Source: Tetramitus jugosus (taxonomy: Eukaryota > Protista > Heterolobosea). From it: a stretch of DNA of 64,000 nt. The notes below the pieces were generated by a model. That model was not told where the DNA came from, did no database searches, and saw only the letters and a list, made by a program, of their open reading frames with translations. Numbering within the stretch: the first letter of the stretch is position 1; each line of letters opens with the position of its first letter. The stretch covers positions 496,001 to 560,000 of the forward strand of contig OW569345.1 of the NCBI GenBank assembly GCA_937625935.1, given 5' to 3'. A program made the position numbers and the translations under genes. Positions 1-10,031 of the stretch are shown here, one piece after another.

Positions 1-258
1 TTCTTGATTCAACCGAAGGGATTTTAGACGATCGACACTTGTAATCCATCCTCGTTTCCAAAATTCATTGGCACACAAATGAATCACTGTACATCCAGCA
101 ATTGAGCCACATGTCATGTAGAGTACTCGTTTGAGACGACGTTGATTGTCATCATTTACCTGTTTTTCTCGACAATCGTCTGCTTTTCCGTCCACTTGTT
201 TATTATTGGCAGCACTGTCCATCATCATCATCGGTGGATGTTCGTCTTGTTTGTTCAT
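1..258 (-). CDS. 5' part of hypothetical protein (runs off window start)
   Basis: ATG at 258 opens a stop-free frame to base 1 (MNKQDEHPPMMMMDSAANNK...RRLKRVLYMTCGSIAGCTVIHLC...); not in ORF track because the stop lies outside the window. Confidence 0.6.
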   Translation of the reverse strand, partial: MNKQDEHPPMMMMDSAANNKQVDGKADDCREKQVNDDNQRRLKRVLYMTCGSIAGCTVIHLCANEFWKRGWITSVDRLKSLRLNQE

Positions 259-411
259 TTGCTCCTCTCTGTGTGTGCGTGGATTTTTTTTCACAAATTT
301 TTCGCGTTGAAGTTCACACGAGCTGTGTGTTTTGATTCCTTTGTTGGGGGAGCTCCCAAGTAAAATTCAACTTCCACAACACACAGCACACCGGTGGATC
401 AGAGAGAAAGA

Positions 412-1140
412 ATGGGCACATCGTCATCCAAACATCAGACAACCAATGCGATCGCTGATACTAACAAGGCCGCTCAGTGGTCTCAGCTCGAGAATGATGA
501 ACCACCTGCAGTGTCATTCCAATCCCTGTCCAATGATCAATTCGATTTCTTTACAAGACACTTGACACAGGTTCATTGTGGTCAATTGTATCAAGCCTAT
601 CAGAATGAGTTGTCCAAAAGGAAGGGCACTAGCCATAAGAATGTTGCTGATGATGATCTATTGTTGGATCTTCAGACCATTTATCACATTTGTAACATGT
701 ACTACTTGGACAATCAGTTTCATCGTTGCTTGAACAAGCAGGAGAATGTGACTGTGAAACAGATGGAGGATGCTGTTCAAAAGTTGATTAGTGATGATGG
801 CACAAGAGACAGAGTGTACAAGGATCGTTCATTTGAGTCCATGGGATACTGCACAAAGGAGAATATGCCGTTGATTAGGTTGGTTCGGGCAAGGCGACAA
901 GAGTTGGATGAGAATCCAAGTTTGTTGCAGGAGACATTTGAGTTGATTGAGAAGAAGGCAGCAGATTCTTTGAACGAACAAGGTGTTTCTCAGTTGGAGG
1001 ATCAATTGTGTGCATCATACAAGCAAATGAATGACTTCTTCCAAAACGATACAAAGAACAACGTTTTGTACCAACAGTTTGCAAAGGAACAATTGGAGAA
1101 GTGCTTGTTGGCAGTAAACAAGGCGAAAAAGCAACTATAA
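412..1140 (+). CDS. hypothetical protein, possible N-myristoylation
   Basis: Long ORF; first ATG gives MGTSSSK (MGxxxS motif); helical, charged; no family recognised. Confidence 0.65.
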   Translation: MGTSSSKHQTTNAIADTNKAAQWSQLENDEPPAVSFQSLSNDQFDFFTRHLTQVHCGQLYQAYQNELSKRKGTSHKNVADDDLLLDLQTIYHICNMYYLDNQFHRCLNKQENVTVKQMEDAVQKLISDDGTRDRVYKDRSFESMGYCTKENMPLIRLVRARRQELDENPSLLQETFELIEKKAADSLNEQGVSQLEDQLCASYKQMNDFFQNDTKNNVLYQQFAKEQLEKCLLAVNKAKKQL

Positions 1141-1223
1141 GTTATTATTAATAGTAAAAGAGTGATCATTCTTGAATTATTGAACAGTTTATTAGTACTT
1201 AAAGACTTAGTGATCCACAATGC

Positions 1224-2963
1224 TTAATAGAGCTTTGAGTATGATTTGATGGCAGAGTATTTTCTGTAGTAGATGAATCCAACAACAAACGCAGTCTGGA
1301 ATAAAATAAAGAAGAGCCAGAAGCCGTATGATGTGGACGACTTGATCGTACTATGTAGTTGAGTGCTGTGTTCCTCGAAGCCGGTATGAAGCCTACCTTG
1401 TTTCACAGTCAAGTCGTCAACTTGAACATTCAAGCTACTCATGTAGTTTTCGAGTTTAGTGATTCCATTGTGCAAGTTCTGTCCTTCCTTCTCCAAACTC
1501 CTCATCATGCTGGAGAAATCCTGCTTGATGCTATCTTTGAGTTGAATGAGTTCATTTTGGACAGCTTGTTGCTTTGCGAGCATGCCAGTTATTTGGGCGA
1601 TGACGCTGGTGATATCGTCCTTGGTGGATGATACTTTCACAGTCCGTGCAACCTCCTCCAAAGCCTCCAGAATCAACAAGTTAGTCCTGGTGCTGATACT
1701 GAGCTCTTTCTCTTCGTGAGAAATGTCAGAGGGTGATGTTGAGGAAGATTTGTCCTCGTTTTTGGCTTCAGGGTGATCCATTCCCTTCAATTTTTCTTCA
1801 ATCATCTTGAAAATGTGATCATCGTCAGCTGGTTCACTGATAGAGTACGATTGTGGATGCGTATTGGTGTTGTCCTCTTTAGCAACAGTCGTCTTTTCCT
1901 TCTTCTTTTGTTTCTTGCCAGTGGTAGCAGCAGAAGCAGCATCAATTGCGTCATCAATCTCTGCATTGTCCAACTGATCCTTGTAGTACTTGTATGGATC
2001 GAACCATCCATGGTGTTCGTGCTCCTTTCTGTGCGATTCACCGTCACCTTCCTGTGTTTGTTGATTGTCATGAGCAGAGGCAGCTCCGTTCAAATCATGG
2101 GCAATAAACGAGTAAATGTCATGATAATCAGCCAAACCACCAGTCGCAGCAGTCAACTCAAAATGGTATCCGGTGGGCAATTCAACTCGCTCCACACTGA
2201 TACATTGACTGTACCTTCCAGCACCAACAGTATCAATCTCCACATTCAACTTCTTGTTCAAGTAAGTGATACGAGCAGAGACGATGCCTCCAATTGCATT
2301 TCTAAAGTCAGCTCTGCACCTGTCCAATTGATTACCCAACAAATCATTGTCAATGTCCCACTTTGTGTTCAAATCACCTGTTCCTCTAATGGCAATCACA
2401 CTTGGTCCATCACCATTCGCATTATTGTCATACGAATCAAACACGATACCCAATCCATCAAAGTACTCCTTTTGTCCAAACAGTGGACCACTTGTGCGCT
2501 CTGGTTTCTTCACATACCAAAACGCCATTCCATCTGCACCTGGCGAGTGAGTGTTGTGCACTTGGAACTTGATGTCCACTTGCCAATTGTCTGTTTGAAC
2601 AGGTTGAGTGTTGTACATGTAGCCAGTGCGTGATTGAATGGCAGGAACGAGACGAATATAGGTCTCAGTGGCCAATGTGCTGCCACCGTACTCCCAATTG
2701 GGAATGGCACCTGTTCCATAGTTCATTAGATAGGGTGGTTGGAAGGAGTGTTGACCCATGATGGGGTGATCTGATGATGATACGTCTGATGTTGTTGTAG
2801 TGGTGGTGGTTGTTGTTTGTTGCTGTTGTTGCTGTTGTGGTTGAGCCTTGCTGAGAACTCTCTTTCTTCTCTGACCGTGAATCATGGTTGATAGCACGAG
2901 AATCAAGAGGAGGCACAATGACACAAGCAGAAAAGCATGGGTTATTCGTCGACTCGCCACCAT
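1224..2963 (-). CDS. L-type (legume-like) lectin cargo receptor, ERGIC-53/VIP36/Emp47 family
   Basis: Signal peptide, lectin motifs HSFQPPY, GADGMAFWY, GLGIVFDSYDN, TAATGGLADYHDI; coiled-coil stalk; C-terminal TM helix and short tail ending SKLY. Confidence 0.88.
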   Translation of the reverse strand: MVASRRITHAFLLVSLCLLLILVLSTMIHGQRRKRVLSKAQPQQQQQQQTTTTTTTTTSDVSSSDHPIMGQHSFQPPYLMNYGTGAIPNWEYGGSTLATETYIRLVPAIQSRTGYMYNTQPVQTDNWQVDIKFQVHNTHSPGADGMAFWYVKKPERTSGPLFGQKEYFDGLGIVFDSYDNNANGDGPSVIAIRGTGDLNTKWDIDNDLLGNQLDRCRADFRNAIGGIVSARITYLNKKLNVEIDTVGAGRYSQCISVERVELPTGYHFELTAATGGLADYHDIYSFIAHDLNGAASAHDNQQTQEGDGESHRKEHEHHGWFDPYKYYKDQLDNAEIDDAIDAASAATTGKKQKKKEKTTVAKEDNTNTHPQSYSISEPADDDHIFKMIEEKLKGMDHPEAKNEDKSSSTSPSDISHEEKELSISTRTNLLILEALEEVARTVKVSSTKDDITSVIAQITGMLAKQQAVQNELIQLKDSIKQDFSSMMRSLEKEGQNLHNGITKLENYMSSLNVQVDDLTVKQGRLHTGFEEHSTQLHSTIKSSTSYGFWLFFILFQTAFVVGFIYYRKYSAIKSYSKLY

Positions 2964-3123
2964 TGTCAAATCAAATAATCATAAAATAATACTTCTGTGT
3001 GTGCGTTGTCGAATGCAAAAAGTGTGTTTTTTCTTTTTTTTTCCCAAGGCTAACTTTTTTTTTGGTTGTGTAAAGAGGCGGGAAACACGAGAGTGACGTG
3101 GCCGCTGTCTATATTTATGGCTT

Positions 3124-4158
3124 CTACTCTGCCTTGTTGTTGGGGTTGCAACATGCTTGGGTGTATCGCTCCAACCTGGCAACTCTCATCTTGTATGGCA
3201 CATACCACATGTAGAGGCGGAAGAATGGGTTCAGGGCAAATGACAAGCAAGAGAACAGCCAATCCACGTACAATAGAGGGAACTGGGCAAACAGTCCTCT
3301 GACACTGGCATACAGTGCCTTAATTAAGAAATCTTCAGTCAACAAAAAGTTGCCAGTTTTCATTCCTCTCAAGATGCTCTGAGCAATAGCCTCTGGTTTG
3401 GCCAATCCTCCCACATCACTCAACACTTTGGTCTCTGGTGGTTTCGTAATGTTCTCCCGTTCCAAGCCAGGTGTTTCTGTATCAGGTGGCACTGAGCATT
3501 GAACACAAATATTGGTGCTATCGAGCTCCAATCTCAAGCACTCTGCAAAAGAACGAATCGCATACTTTGAAGGACAGTATCCAGCATATCCAATCATTGG
3601 AAAGATGCCACAGACAGATGATACAAACACTAGATTCTTGGAATCATTGTTGGTTGAATCTTTCATCATTAAAGGCAACAAATGCCTCGACAAGTACACT
3701 CCACCCAAATAATTGACATCAATCATTCTCTTGAATGCCAATGGATCTTGTTCCAAAAAGTACCCAGGCTCAGCCATTCCCTGATTAATAATAACGTGAT
3801 CCATGGAGCTGCATTTCATGTCCGGGTCATTCTCCAGTGTTTCCACCAATTGCTTCACTTGTTCCAAATCGGTCACATCACACGGAATGGCAAACACCTT
3901 TTGATGGTCGTGAATAGAGTGGGTCATAATCTCTGTTCTGGCCTCCTCTAGCATTTTCTTGTTTCTGGCAATGATATAAACAGATTTGGCTCCATTCTTT
4001 ATCACTTCACAAGCCAAAGCTTTTCCAATGCCACTGGAACCACCAGAGATGAAGAAAGTTTTGCCTTCTGATTTGAATTTGATGGTAGGGTAGAAACGCT
4101 TGTAGATTAAATGAATAATCACTGATATGATCAGTGCGACAATGCTGATCAGGATCAT
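3124..4158 (-). CDS. KDSR: 3-ketodihydrosphingosine reductase (SDR family)
   Basis: N-terminal TM, GGSSGIG, YCPSK catalytic motif, PPDTETPG motif typical of KDSR/TSC10; start at MILISIV inferred. Confidence 0.85.
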   Translation of the reverse strand: MILISIVALIISVIIHLIYKRFYPTIKFKSEGKTFFISGGSSGIGKALACEVIKNGAKSVYIIARNKKMLEEARTEIMTHSIHDHQKVFAIPCDVTDLEQVKQLVETLENDPDMKCSSMDHVIINQGMAEPGYFLEQDPLAFKRMIDVNYLGGVYLSRHLLPLMMKDSTNNDSKNLVFVSSVCGIFPMIGYAGYCPSKYAIRSFAECLRLELDSTNICVQCSVPPDTETPGLERENITKPPETKVLSDVGGLAKPEAIAQSILRGMKTGNFLLTEDFLIKALYASVRGLFAQFPLLYVDWLFSCLSFALNPFFRLYMWYVPYKMRVARLERYTQACCNPNNKAE

Positions 4159-4231
4159 GTTTAATGCGGTTGTTGTTTTTTGGAACTGATGTGGCTTTCT
4201 TTGTCTGATGGATATTGCCGCCAAAAAATTG

Positions 4232-4243
4232 TTTCCCGCCAAA
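4232..4243. promoter_or_regulatory. E2F-like site TTTCCCGCCAAA in KDSR/HAUS4 divergent promoter
   Basis: Matches E2F consensus; second degenerate copy TTGCCGCCAAAA at 4215-4226. Confidence 0.5.
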
Positions 4244-4291
4244 TTTTATCAGTTCGGGCGAGAACAAACAGAAAAAAGATTGAATGGAGGT

Positions 4292-5671
4292 ATGGACGTT
4301 CCACAGCTACCAATCGTTGTTTCACAGGATGAATTGAAAGAGAATCCAAAATTTGCCAATCTGTTGAGTCAACTGGCCGACAAGTGTCTCAACGAAGAAG
4401 GAATCAATTATTCACTCGTGCAAGAGCTAGGTGACACTGAAAGGAACCTCTTTCAAGCAAAGCAAAACTATCTGCAGAATGCAGTGGTCATGGACGGTGT
4501 ACGGGAGATGATTGACCAGAAACATACCTTACGGAGCAAGAAACAGAGGATTGCATTGGCCCGAGTGGACAAAATTATGCAAACAGCACAATCGCATCAG
4601 GTATTGGAGCGAATGAACCCTGATTTTGCTTCGGATGTTCATTTGTTGGACATTAGTCCATCGTGGTTGAACGAGACCAATCAAATGGATGCCATGCTGA
4701 ATGGAATGGAGAACATTGTACGCAAGTATATTATTCCTGAGCTTGAGAGTAGATTACAGACCAAGTTAGAGTCTATTACGCAATTTATTGAACCGTTTGA
4801 AAGTAATTTAGATGACGCGTTGGAGTCACTCATGGAAGAAAAGGGTGATGCGAAGAATGACAACGATGCAATGAACGTTCTCCCTTCGGCTCTAAATCAT
4901 AGTCTATTGTATTTTACGCCGAGTAAGCGAACAGCGAACAACAAGAACCACCAAGTTTCTCACGACGAGATATTGATCCAGAGTTCCTTAACCTCTTCTG
5001 TGAGGAAACACAAGATTCTACTGAGAGAACAAAAAAAGTTACTTCGGAAACAGATATTGAAACTTCAACAGGATTATTGGGTGTATTATAAGAAGATATG
5101 GCAAGGATTAGTAGTGATGAACGACATGATCAGAAAGTTTAAATTGGATTATTTTTCATCTTTCGATAAACTTACTCTCGATTGGTTGTGTACGCGAGTG
5201 AAAACAATGCATAAGAAGGCAATCGTCATGCAGTATCAATATCTTACTGCTACTTACAATTCTGAGTCTATTGCATCGTTGCGTTACATGAGACAGACAC
5301 TTGATAATGAGTTGGAGGATAAGACAAAGAGATACAGGTTAATTGAATATGAACTCGCTGAGTATGCAAAGGTCGGTGAAGGATTTGACAAGCTGGTTGA
5401 AGAGTACGCATCTGTCCTTAAAAAGATCGAGGAGAAGCAATGGCAAGTGAAGCAATTGCGATTACATGGTCAGCTACAGGAGCAAGAACAACGAGTTGCT
5501 CGTCAACAATTCGGACTCGATGTTGTTCATGAGCAAGCTGCTCTTCAGCCACAAAATACGACAGATAATCGACGATCAGAGCCCGAAAAGGGCAGAGGAG
5601 ACTTTTCTTCTTCTTATGATCAACAACTGAGGGATTTATTCGCTGATGATGATGACGATGAGTCAATGTAA
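4292..5671 (+). CDS. HAUS4: HAUS augmin-like complex subunit 4
   Basis: N-terminal LP...ELKENPKFANLLSQL...EEG and C-terminal TY....I..LR...Y..VGEGFDKLVEEY...IEEKQW resemble both conserved ends of HAUS4 as I recall them. Confidence 0.8.
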   Translation: MDVPQLPIVVSQDELKENPKFANLLSQLADKCLNEEGINYSLVQELGDTERNLFQAKQNYLQNAVVMDGVREMIDQKHTLRSKKQRIALARVDKIMQTAQSHQVLERMNPDFASDVHLLDISPSWLNETNQMDAMLNGMENIVRKYIIPELESRLQTKLESITQFIEPFESNLDDALESLMEEKGDAKNDNDAMNVLPSALNHSLLYFTPSKRTANNKNHQVSHDEILIQSSLTSSVRKHKILLREQKKLLRKQILKLQQDYWVYYKKIWQGLVVMNDMIRKFKLDYFSSFDKLTLDWLCTRVKTMHKKAIVMQYQYLTATYNSESIASLRYMRQTLDNELEDKTKRYRLIEYELAEYAKVGEGFDKLVEEYASVLKKIEEKQWQVKQLRLHGQLQEQEQRVARQQFGLDVVHEQAALQPQNTTDNRRSEPEKGRGDFSSSYDQQLRDLFADDDDDESM

Positions 5672-5743
5672 TTCCCATTGAAGAAATAATTCGATTATGG
5701 AAAGTCAGAAGTCTCTTTACTAATTGCTCAAAGCTTACCTGCA

Positions 5744-7912
5744 TTACTGGAGCATCTTTCCGCTCTTGATCATGATTGGTATGGCATTCATGACATACGG
5801 GTCAAATACTGAATGTACGATGAGGCTTAAGTCTTTGATGATTCGATCTTGAATTTCCCTGCTGTATTTGCTCTTATTTTTCAGAATTGCAAACAAGGAG
5901 GAATCAACATCTGTGAGCAACCGGCGAGTGATTACATAGAATGAGTTCGTTTGGATATACTGCTTCAGAACTGTCAGTTGCTCATTGAGGTTCTTGATTA
6001 TCTTGTCCACATATGATTCATAATCAACATCATTATCGTACAGATATTTATCAAAGTGGAGATTAAAGCGATCCATAATTACTCTAACCAAGTTGTTCAT
6101 CATGGACGTGGAGGAGATGTCACATTGGTCAGCCAGTATATCATATACACCAACATTTTTCAGATATGGTATCATCTCTACAATAAAATCTAATTCGCTC
6201 ATATCTCTTAAGTGAGTGCTTACATATAACACACTGTTCAACACTGTTGCATGTTTGATCCATTGACTTCTGTTCTCATTTACATCACCCATTCTCTTCA
6301 TGGCAACAAACTTTTCAGTAGATTTGAGGAATGTTTCGATCAACTCTAAATTCACTCGCCTAAACAATTCAATTCGATAATGCACGCCAATGGTTCTATA
6401 CCTTTGATTCAATGATTGAATTGTGTGTACGAGCGTGTATGCATAGACACTGGGCTTCCATTCTTGCAAGAGAGGTAAATAGTCTGCACTGTTACCAGCA
6501 TTCATATCCCCACCTGCAAGTATAAGTGAGGAAGAGGAGAGTGGTTCCCATTGCTTTGATTCAGTTGATAGCACCTTTTCGGAGCTAGATAAATCCAACT
6601 GGATCAATTGATTCAACACTATCTCCCCTTCGTTTTTGTCCATTAGTAGGATGTCCATCACTGATTGTGAGACCACATAGGAATAGATAGATTTCATATG
6701 TACATCAAACGCTAGTACTTGATTGATCGTATTCAAAAATAAGAGTGTTGATGCAATTTTCTTCGTACTACTGCCTTCTTCACTCTCAACAGCGTCAATC
6801 GCGTCAGATAGGATTAATTTCAGAGCAGGACTCAAAACGTGCAAAACCTTTCTCGCCAATTCCAAATTCAATAAATAAATAAAACCGTTCAATGGATCTC
6901 TGACTCGATCATCAAAATCACCAGGTCTCACCGTAGACAACGATGTATAATACAATGGCAGGATGACTTGTTCGATAAAAGGTCCATAATGCTCCAAAAT
7001 TTTTGTCATGTAAGTGAAGCAGTATTCCGAACTATCCAATCGATTCGTTGCTCTCTTGCCATAGAAGTGATACTTGAATCGAACAATAAACGGTTCCACA
7101 AGCGCTCTCGTAACCAAATACTCTTCGCCACCATTGTCGTCACTGGTTTCTTCTACTTGTTTATCAGATGATTTCAAGATGCCCAACGAATACAAGACTG
7201 GATTCAATATCATCTCCATTTGAAACAACAGAGTTACCATTGCACTAATCTTGTTCAATTGATTTTTGTTCTTTGCAAAATAATCTTGCACTGTACCACT
7301 GCTCACACCACTGTTTGAGTCACCACCTGTACTGGTGCTTGTGTTATGAAGAGCAAGCACAGGATCGAGCAGAGAGCTCAACTGTTGATGACACAATCGA
7401 TCACGCAACAACTCACAGTACACATATTCGTACAGCATTTGTCTCTTGAGTGTGTCTTTCCATGATGTGTTACCGGTGCTCATATTGTTGTCGCTGTCCA
7501 TGGTGGAATCTTGTCTTTCTTCAATTGGTGATAGTAGTTGAATCATGCCAGTCAAGTGTTGAATCATCATGTGATGAATGTCGTCATCATCATCTTGTTG
7601 TTGTTGTTGTTCCTTGGCAGAGAAATCAAGTGCAAGTTTTTCAATTTGATCAACGAGATGTTTGAGCGGTTCAACTGTAGAATGTTGACTGTTGATCAAC
7701 TCTTGTTCCAAATTCTGATCGCACTGCAGTTGCTTTTGTGCCAATTCTTGCTGTAGATGGAGCTTTTCTTCCTCGAGTTGCGATAGGAATTTGTTGTTGT
7801 GGTCAACGATTGGAGTGGATTCTTCTTCAGCTGAACCGGATAACCATTGATCAATCAATGTGTTTGATAACCAATCATCGATGATGGTTGACGTACCTGT
7901 TTGATCTTTCAT
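5744..7912 (-). CDS. RINT1: RINT1/TIP20 family vesicle-tethering protein
   Basis: PFIVRFKYHFYGKRATNRLDSSEYCF matches the RINT1/TIP20 signature; N-terminal coiled coil; LNSVLYV...L motif. Confidence 0.8.
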   Translation of the reverse strand: MKDQTGTSTIIDDWLSNTLIDQWLSGSAEEESTPIVDHNNKFLSQLEEEKLHLQQELAQKQLQCDQNLEQELINSQHSTVEPLKHLVDQIEKLALDFSAKEQQQQQDDDDDIHHMMIQHLTGMIQLLSPIEERQDSTMDSDNNMSTGNTSWKDTLKRQMLYEYVYCELLRDRLCHQQLSSLLDPVLALHNTSTSTGGDSNSGVSSGTVQDYFAKNKNQLNKISAMVTLLFQMEMILNPVLYSLGILKSSDKQVEETSDDNGGEEYLVTRALVEPFIVRFKYHFYGKRATNRLDSSEYCFTYMTKILEHYGPFIEQVILPLYYTSLSTVRPGDFDDRVRDPLNGFIYLLNLELARKVLHVLSPALKLILSDAIDAVESEEGSSTKKIASTLLFLNTINQVLAFDVHMKSIYSYVVSQSVMDILLMDKNEGEIVLNQLIQLDLSSSEKVLSTESKQWEPLSSSSLILAGGDMNAGNSADYLPLLQEWKPSVYAYTLVHTIQSLNQRYRTIGVHYRIELFRRVNLELIETFLKSTEKFVAMKRMGDVNENRSQWIKHATVLNSVLYVSTHLRDMSELDFIVEMIPYLKNVGVYDILADQCDISSTSMMNNLVRVIMDRFNLHFDKYLYDNDVDYESYVDKIIKNLNEQLTVLKQYIQTNSFYVITRRLLTDVDSSLFAILKNKSKYSREIQDRIIKDLSLIVHSVFDPYVMNAIPIMIKSGKMLQ

Positions 7913-7978
7913 TTTTAGTTTTTTTATTATTTTCGTGTTGTTTGTTTATATTCACAAATTCGCATGAGGACTGGTTGG

Positions 7979-9877
7979 TTAGTCATCCTTCACCACAATT
8001 TCTTCTTCTGGGTCTTCGAGTCCCAGATCCTGCAGCTCCTTGTCAAACATGTCACCGTATTCGTCCTCAATGTCGCCCATACTGAACTTCTTGTTCTTCT
8101 TCTTCTTTGGAATAGGGTTCGTTTCCTGAGGCTTTCTTTCGTGATGACTCAACAGGGAAGCTGACTCTAGTGTCTTTGCACTCGTGCTGTGGATAATGGT
8201 GTTGGCATCATCTCTGGCATCGAGCCATTCTTCTTCCTCTGGCCGACTTGGGCTAGATACAGCACTAGTGATATCAAACAACTCTTGATTTACATTCTGA
8301 GGACGCCACAGAAACATGAAGCAGAGAAGCATGAACATGTACGAAATGTTCCAAAATGCTGACATTATCCAGTTTGTGGCCCATTGTTTGTCTTTGCTGT
8401 GCATTAAATCATTAATGATGAGATTCTCTCGAGTCTCTCCTGGGATTAGAACTTGTCTATCAAAGGATGGTTTGATAAAACCAGTCCAGAATTCATATGC
8501 GAGCCATCCAATACCAATCAATACATTTAAAATGAAAATCCATTGAACAGAGCGGTATGTGCGAAGTTTGTTCGTTTGTTTTCTGTTTCGCAAAGTTAGA
8601 ATTACACTCCGCAATTCAGTCCATATCCAAGCAATTCCAATGGTGTCCAGGAGATTCACAGGTGTTTGAACCAAAGAGACAACCTTTATACTAATGTTGA
8701 AGTCTTGTGAAACTTGCTTCACTATTTCAGCTACACACGAAACTATGAAGAAGCTCAGCGAAAATACCACAAACATAAACTTTTTGCTGTTGTCTGGCAT
8801 TTGGAACTTCAAATAACCACCATAACCCATGGCCATAAGCAATAGCAACATCCTACACAACGTTCTCCTGCCTAGCGTAAGCAAAATAGAGACACTATAG
8901 AGGAAGTGTCTGGATTTGGGCGAAGAGCTCAACGAATAATTCCATTCGTAGAAATGAATGTACCATGAGATGCACTCGATCAAACTGATCATATAAACCA
9001 ATGTGATCCACAATTGAATAGGCAACATTGAGGTTATGCTCACACCTCCTACACTCGTTCGTTGTGGCATATCTGATTGCTGTTGATTCTGCATGTAGTA
9101 TCGAATGTGCCACATGAACCAAACAGCACCCAAAGCAAACAACAAAACACAACTCGTTCCATAAAAAATCAAAAATCCATACTGCTCACCATCGAGATGT
9201 CCATGTGCGTTCAAGAACGTAATTCTTCCACTCACGACCAATGAAAATAGTGATGCATCATTTTCATTATTGACACTTCTCGGTTCATTACAATTCGCAA
9301 TCACCAAATAATAAACACCACTCTTTGTAATATCAATCGATCGATGATAGGGCACGAATTTTTCATTCCACTTGACGTCCACTGAATCCACAAACACTTG
9401 AGAGCTGATTTGAGACAACGGAAACTTAAAATTGAGTTCATTTTGACTGTTGTTGTTATCATTGGTTCTGCGACAGACGCGCGAGGACAACAAATGCATG
9501 TCATCAGAGTGCAGCAGCGTAAAATACAGCCTCAAATACTTGGTTTGAGCACGATTCTGATTATTGGAAGCAGCAACAACGTGACTCACATCCAAATCAA
9601 AGCTTACAACAGTATTGGGATTGGATTGGAGGAGGAGAGACATGAGAGGTGATCGGTGTGATGACATGTCCTCTTTCGTAATCATCGCATGCCTCTCAAT
9701 CGTATAAAAATGATTTGCTTTTTTGGAGGTGGATGGTGAAGAGGTGATTGGTGAAGTGTACACATGATTTTTGAGATGCACAATCGTACAATTGACACTC
9801 GATAGCACCAACAGGATGGTGATCAACACCAACGTGAAGAGTCCATTCCATTGTCGTTGTGCCTTTGTTGCCGCCAT
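7979..9877 (-). CDS. GOST/TMEM87 (lung seven-TM receptor family) protein
   Basis: Signal peptide, luminal domain with GVYYLVIANC and N..G.L motifs, seven hydrophobic helices incl. MGYG and LWRP, acidic tail. Confidence 0.8.
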   Translation of the reverse strand: MAATKAQRQWNGLFTLVLITILLVLSSVNCTIVHLKNHVYTSPITSSPSTSKKANHFYTIERHAMITKEDMSSHRSPLMSLLLQSNPNTVVSFDLDVSHVVAASNNQNRAQTKYLRLYFTLLHSDDMHLLSSRVCRRTNDNNNSQNELNFKFPLSQISSQVFVDSVDVKWNEKFVPYHRSIDITKSGVYYLVIANCNEPRSVNNENDASLFSLVVSGRITFLNAHGHLDGEQYGFLIFYGTSCVLLFALGAVWFMWHIRYYMQNQQQSDMPQRTSVGGVSITSMLPIQLWITLVYMISLIECISWYIHFYEWNYSLSSSPKSRHFLYSVSILLTLGRRTLCRMLLLLMAMGYGGYLKFQMPDNSKKFMFVVFSLSFFIVSCVAEIVKQVSQDFNISIKVVSLVQTPVNLLDTIGIAWIWTELRSVILTLRNRKQTNKLRTYRSVQWIFILNVLIGIGWLAYEFWTGFIKPSFDRQVLIPGETRENLIINDLMHSKDKQWATNWIMSAFWNISYMFMLLCFMFLWRPQNVNQELFDITSAVSSPSRPEEEEWLDARDDANTIIHSTSAKTLESASLLSHHERKPQETNPIPKKKKNKKFSMGDIEDEYGDMFDKELQDLGLEDPEEEIVVKDD

Positions 9878-10031
9878 TTTTTTTGCTTGATGATTATGCC
9901 GACTTTTATTTTTATCTCTATAAAAATCTTTTGGCCTCAGTTTCGAGCTCAAAAACACGATTTTACAAAATCACACTTTCGAAAAACAAAAACACAAAAA
10001 GCTTTTGAAGAGACACACAAGCAGGAACAAG

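Noticed and set aside
5730-5745. CTTACCTG as U1 snRNA 5' end or a 3'-UTR splice donor
   Set aside because: No U1 stem-loops or Sm site follow and no acceptor is supported; likely chance.
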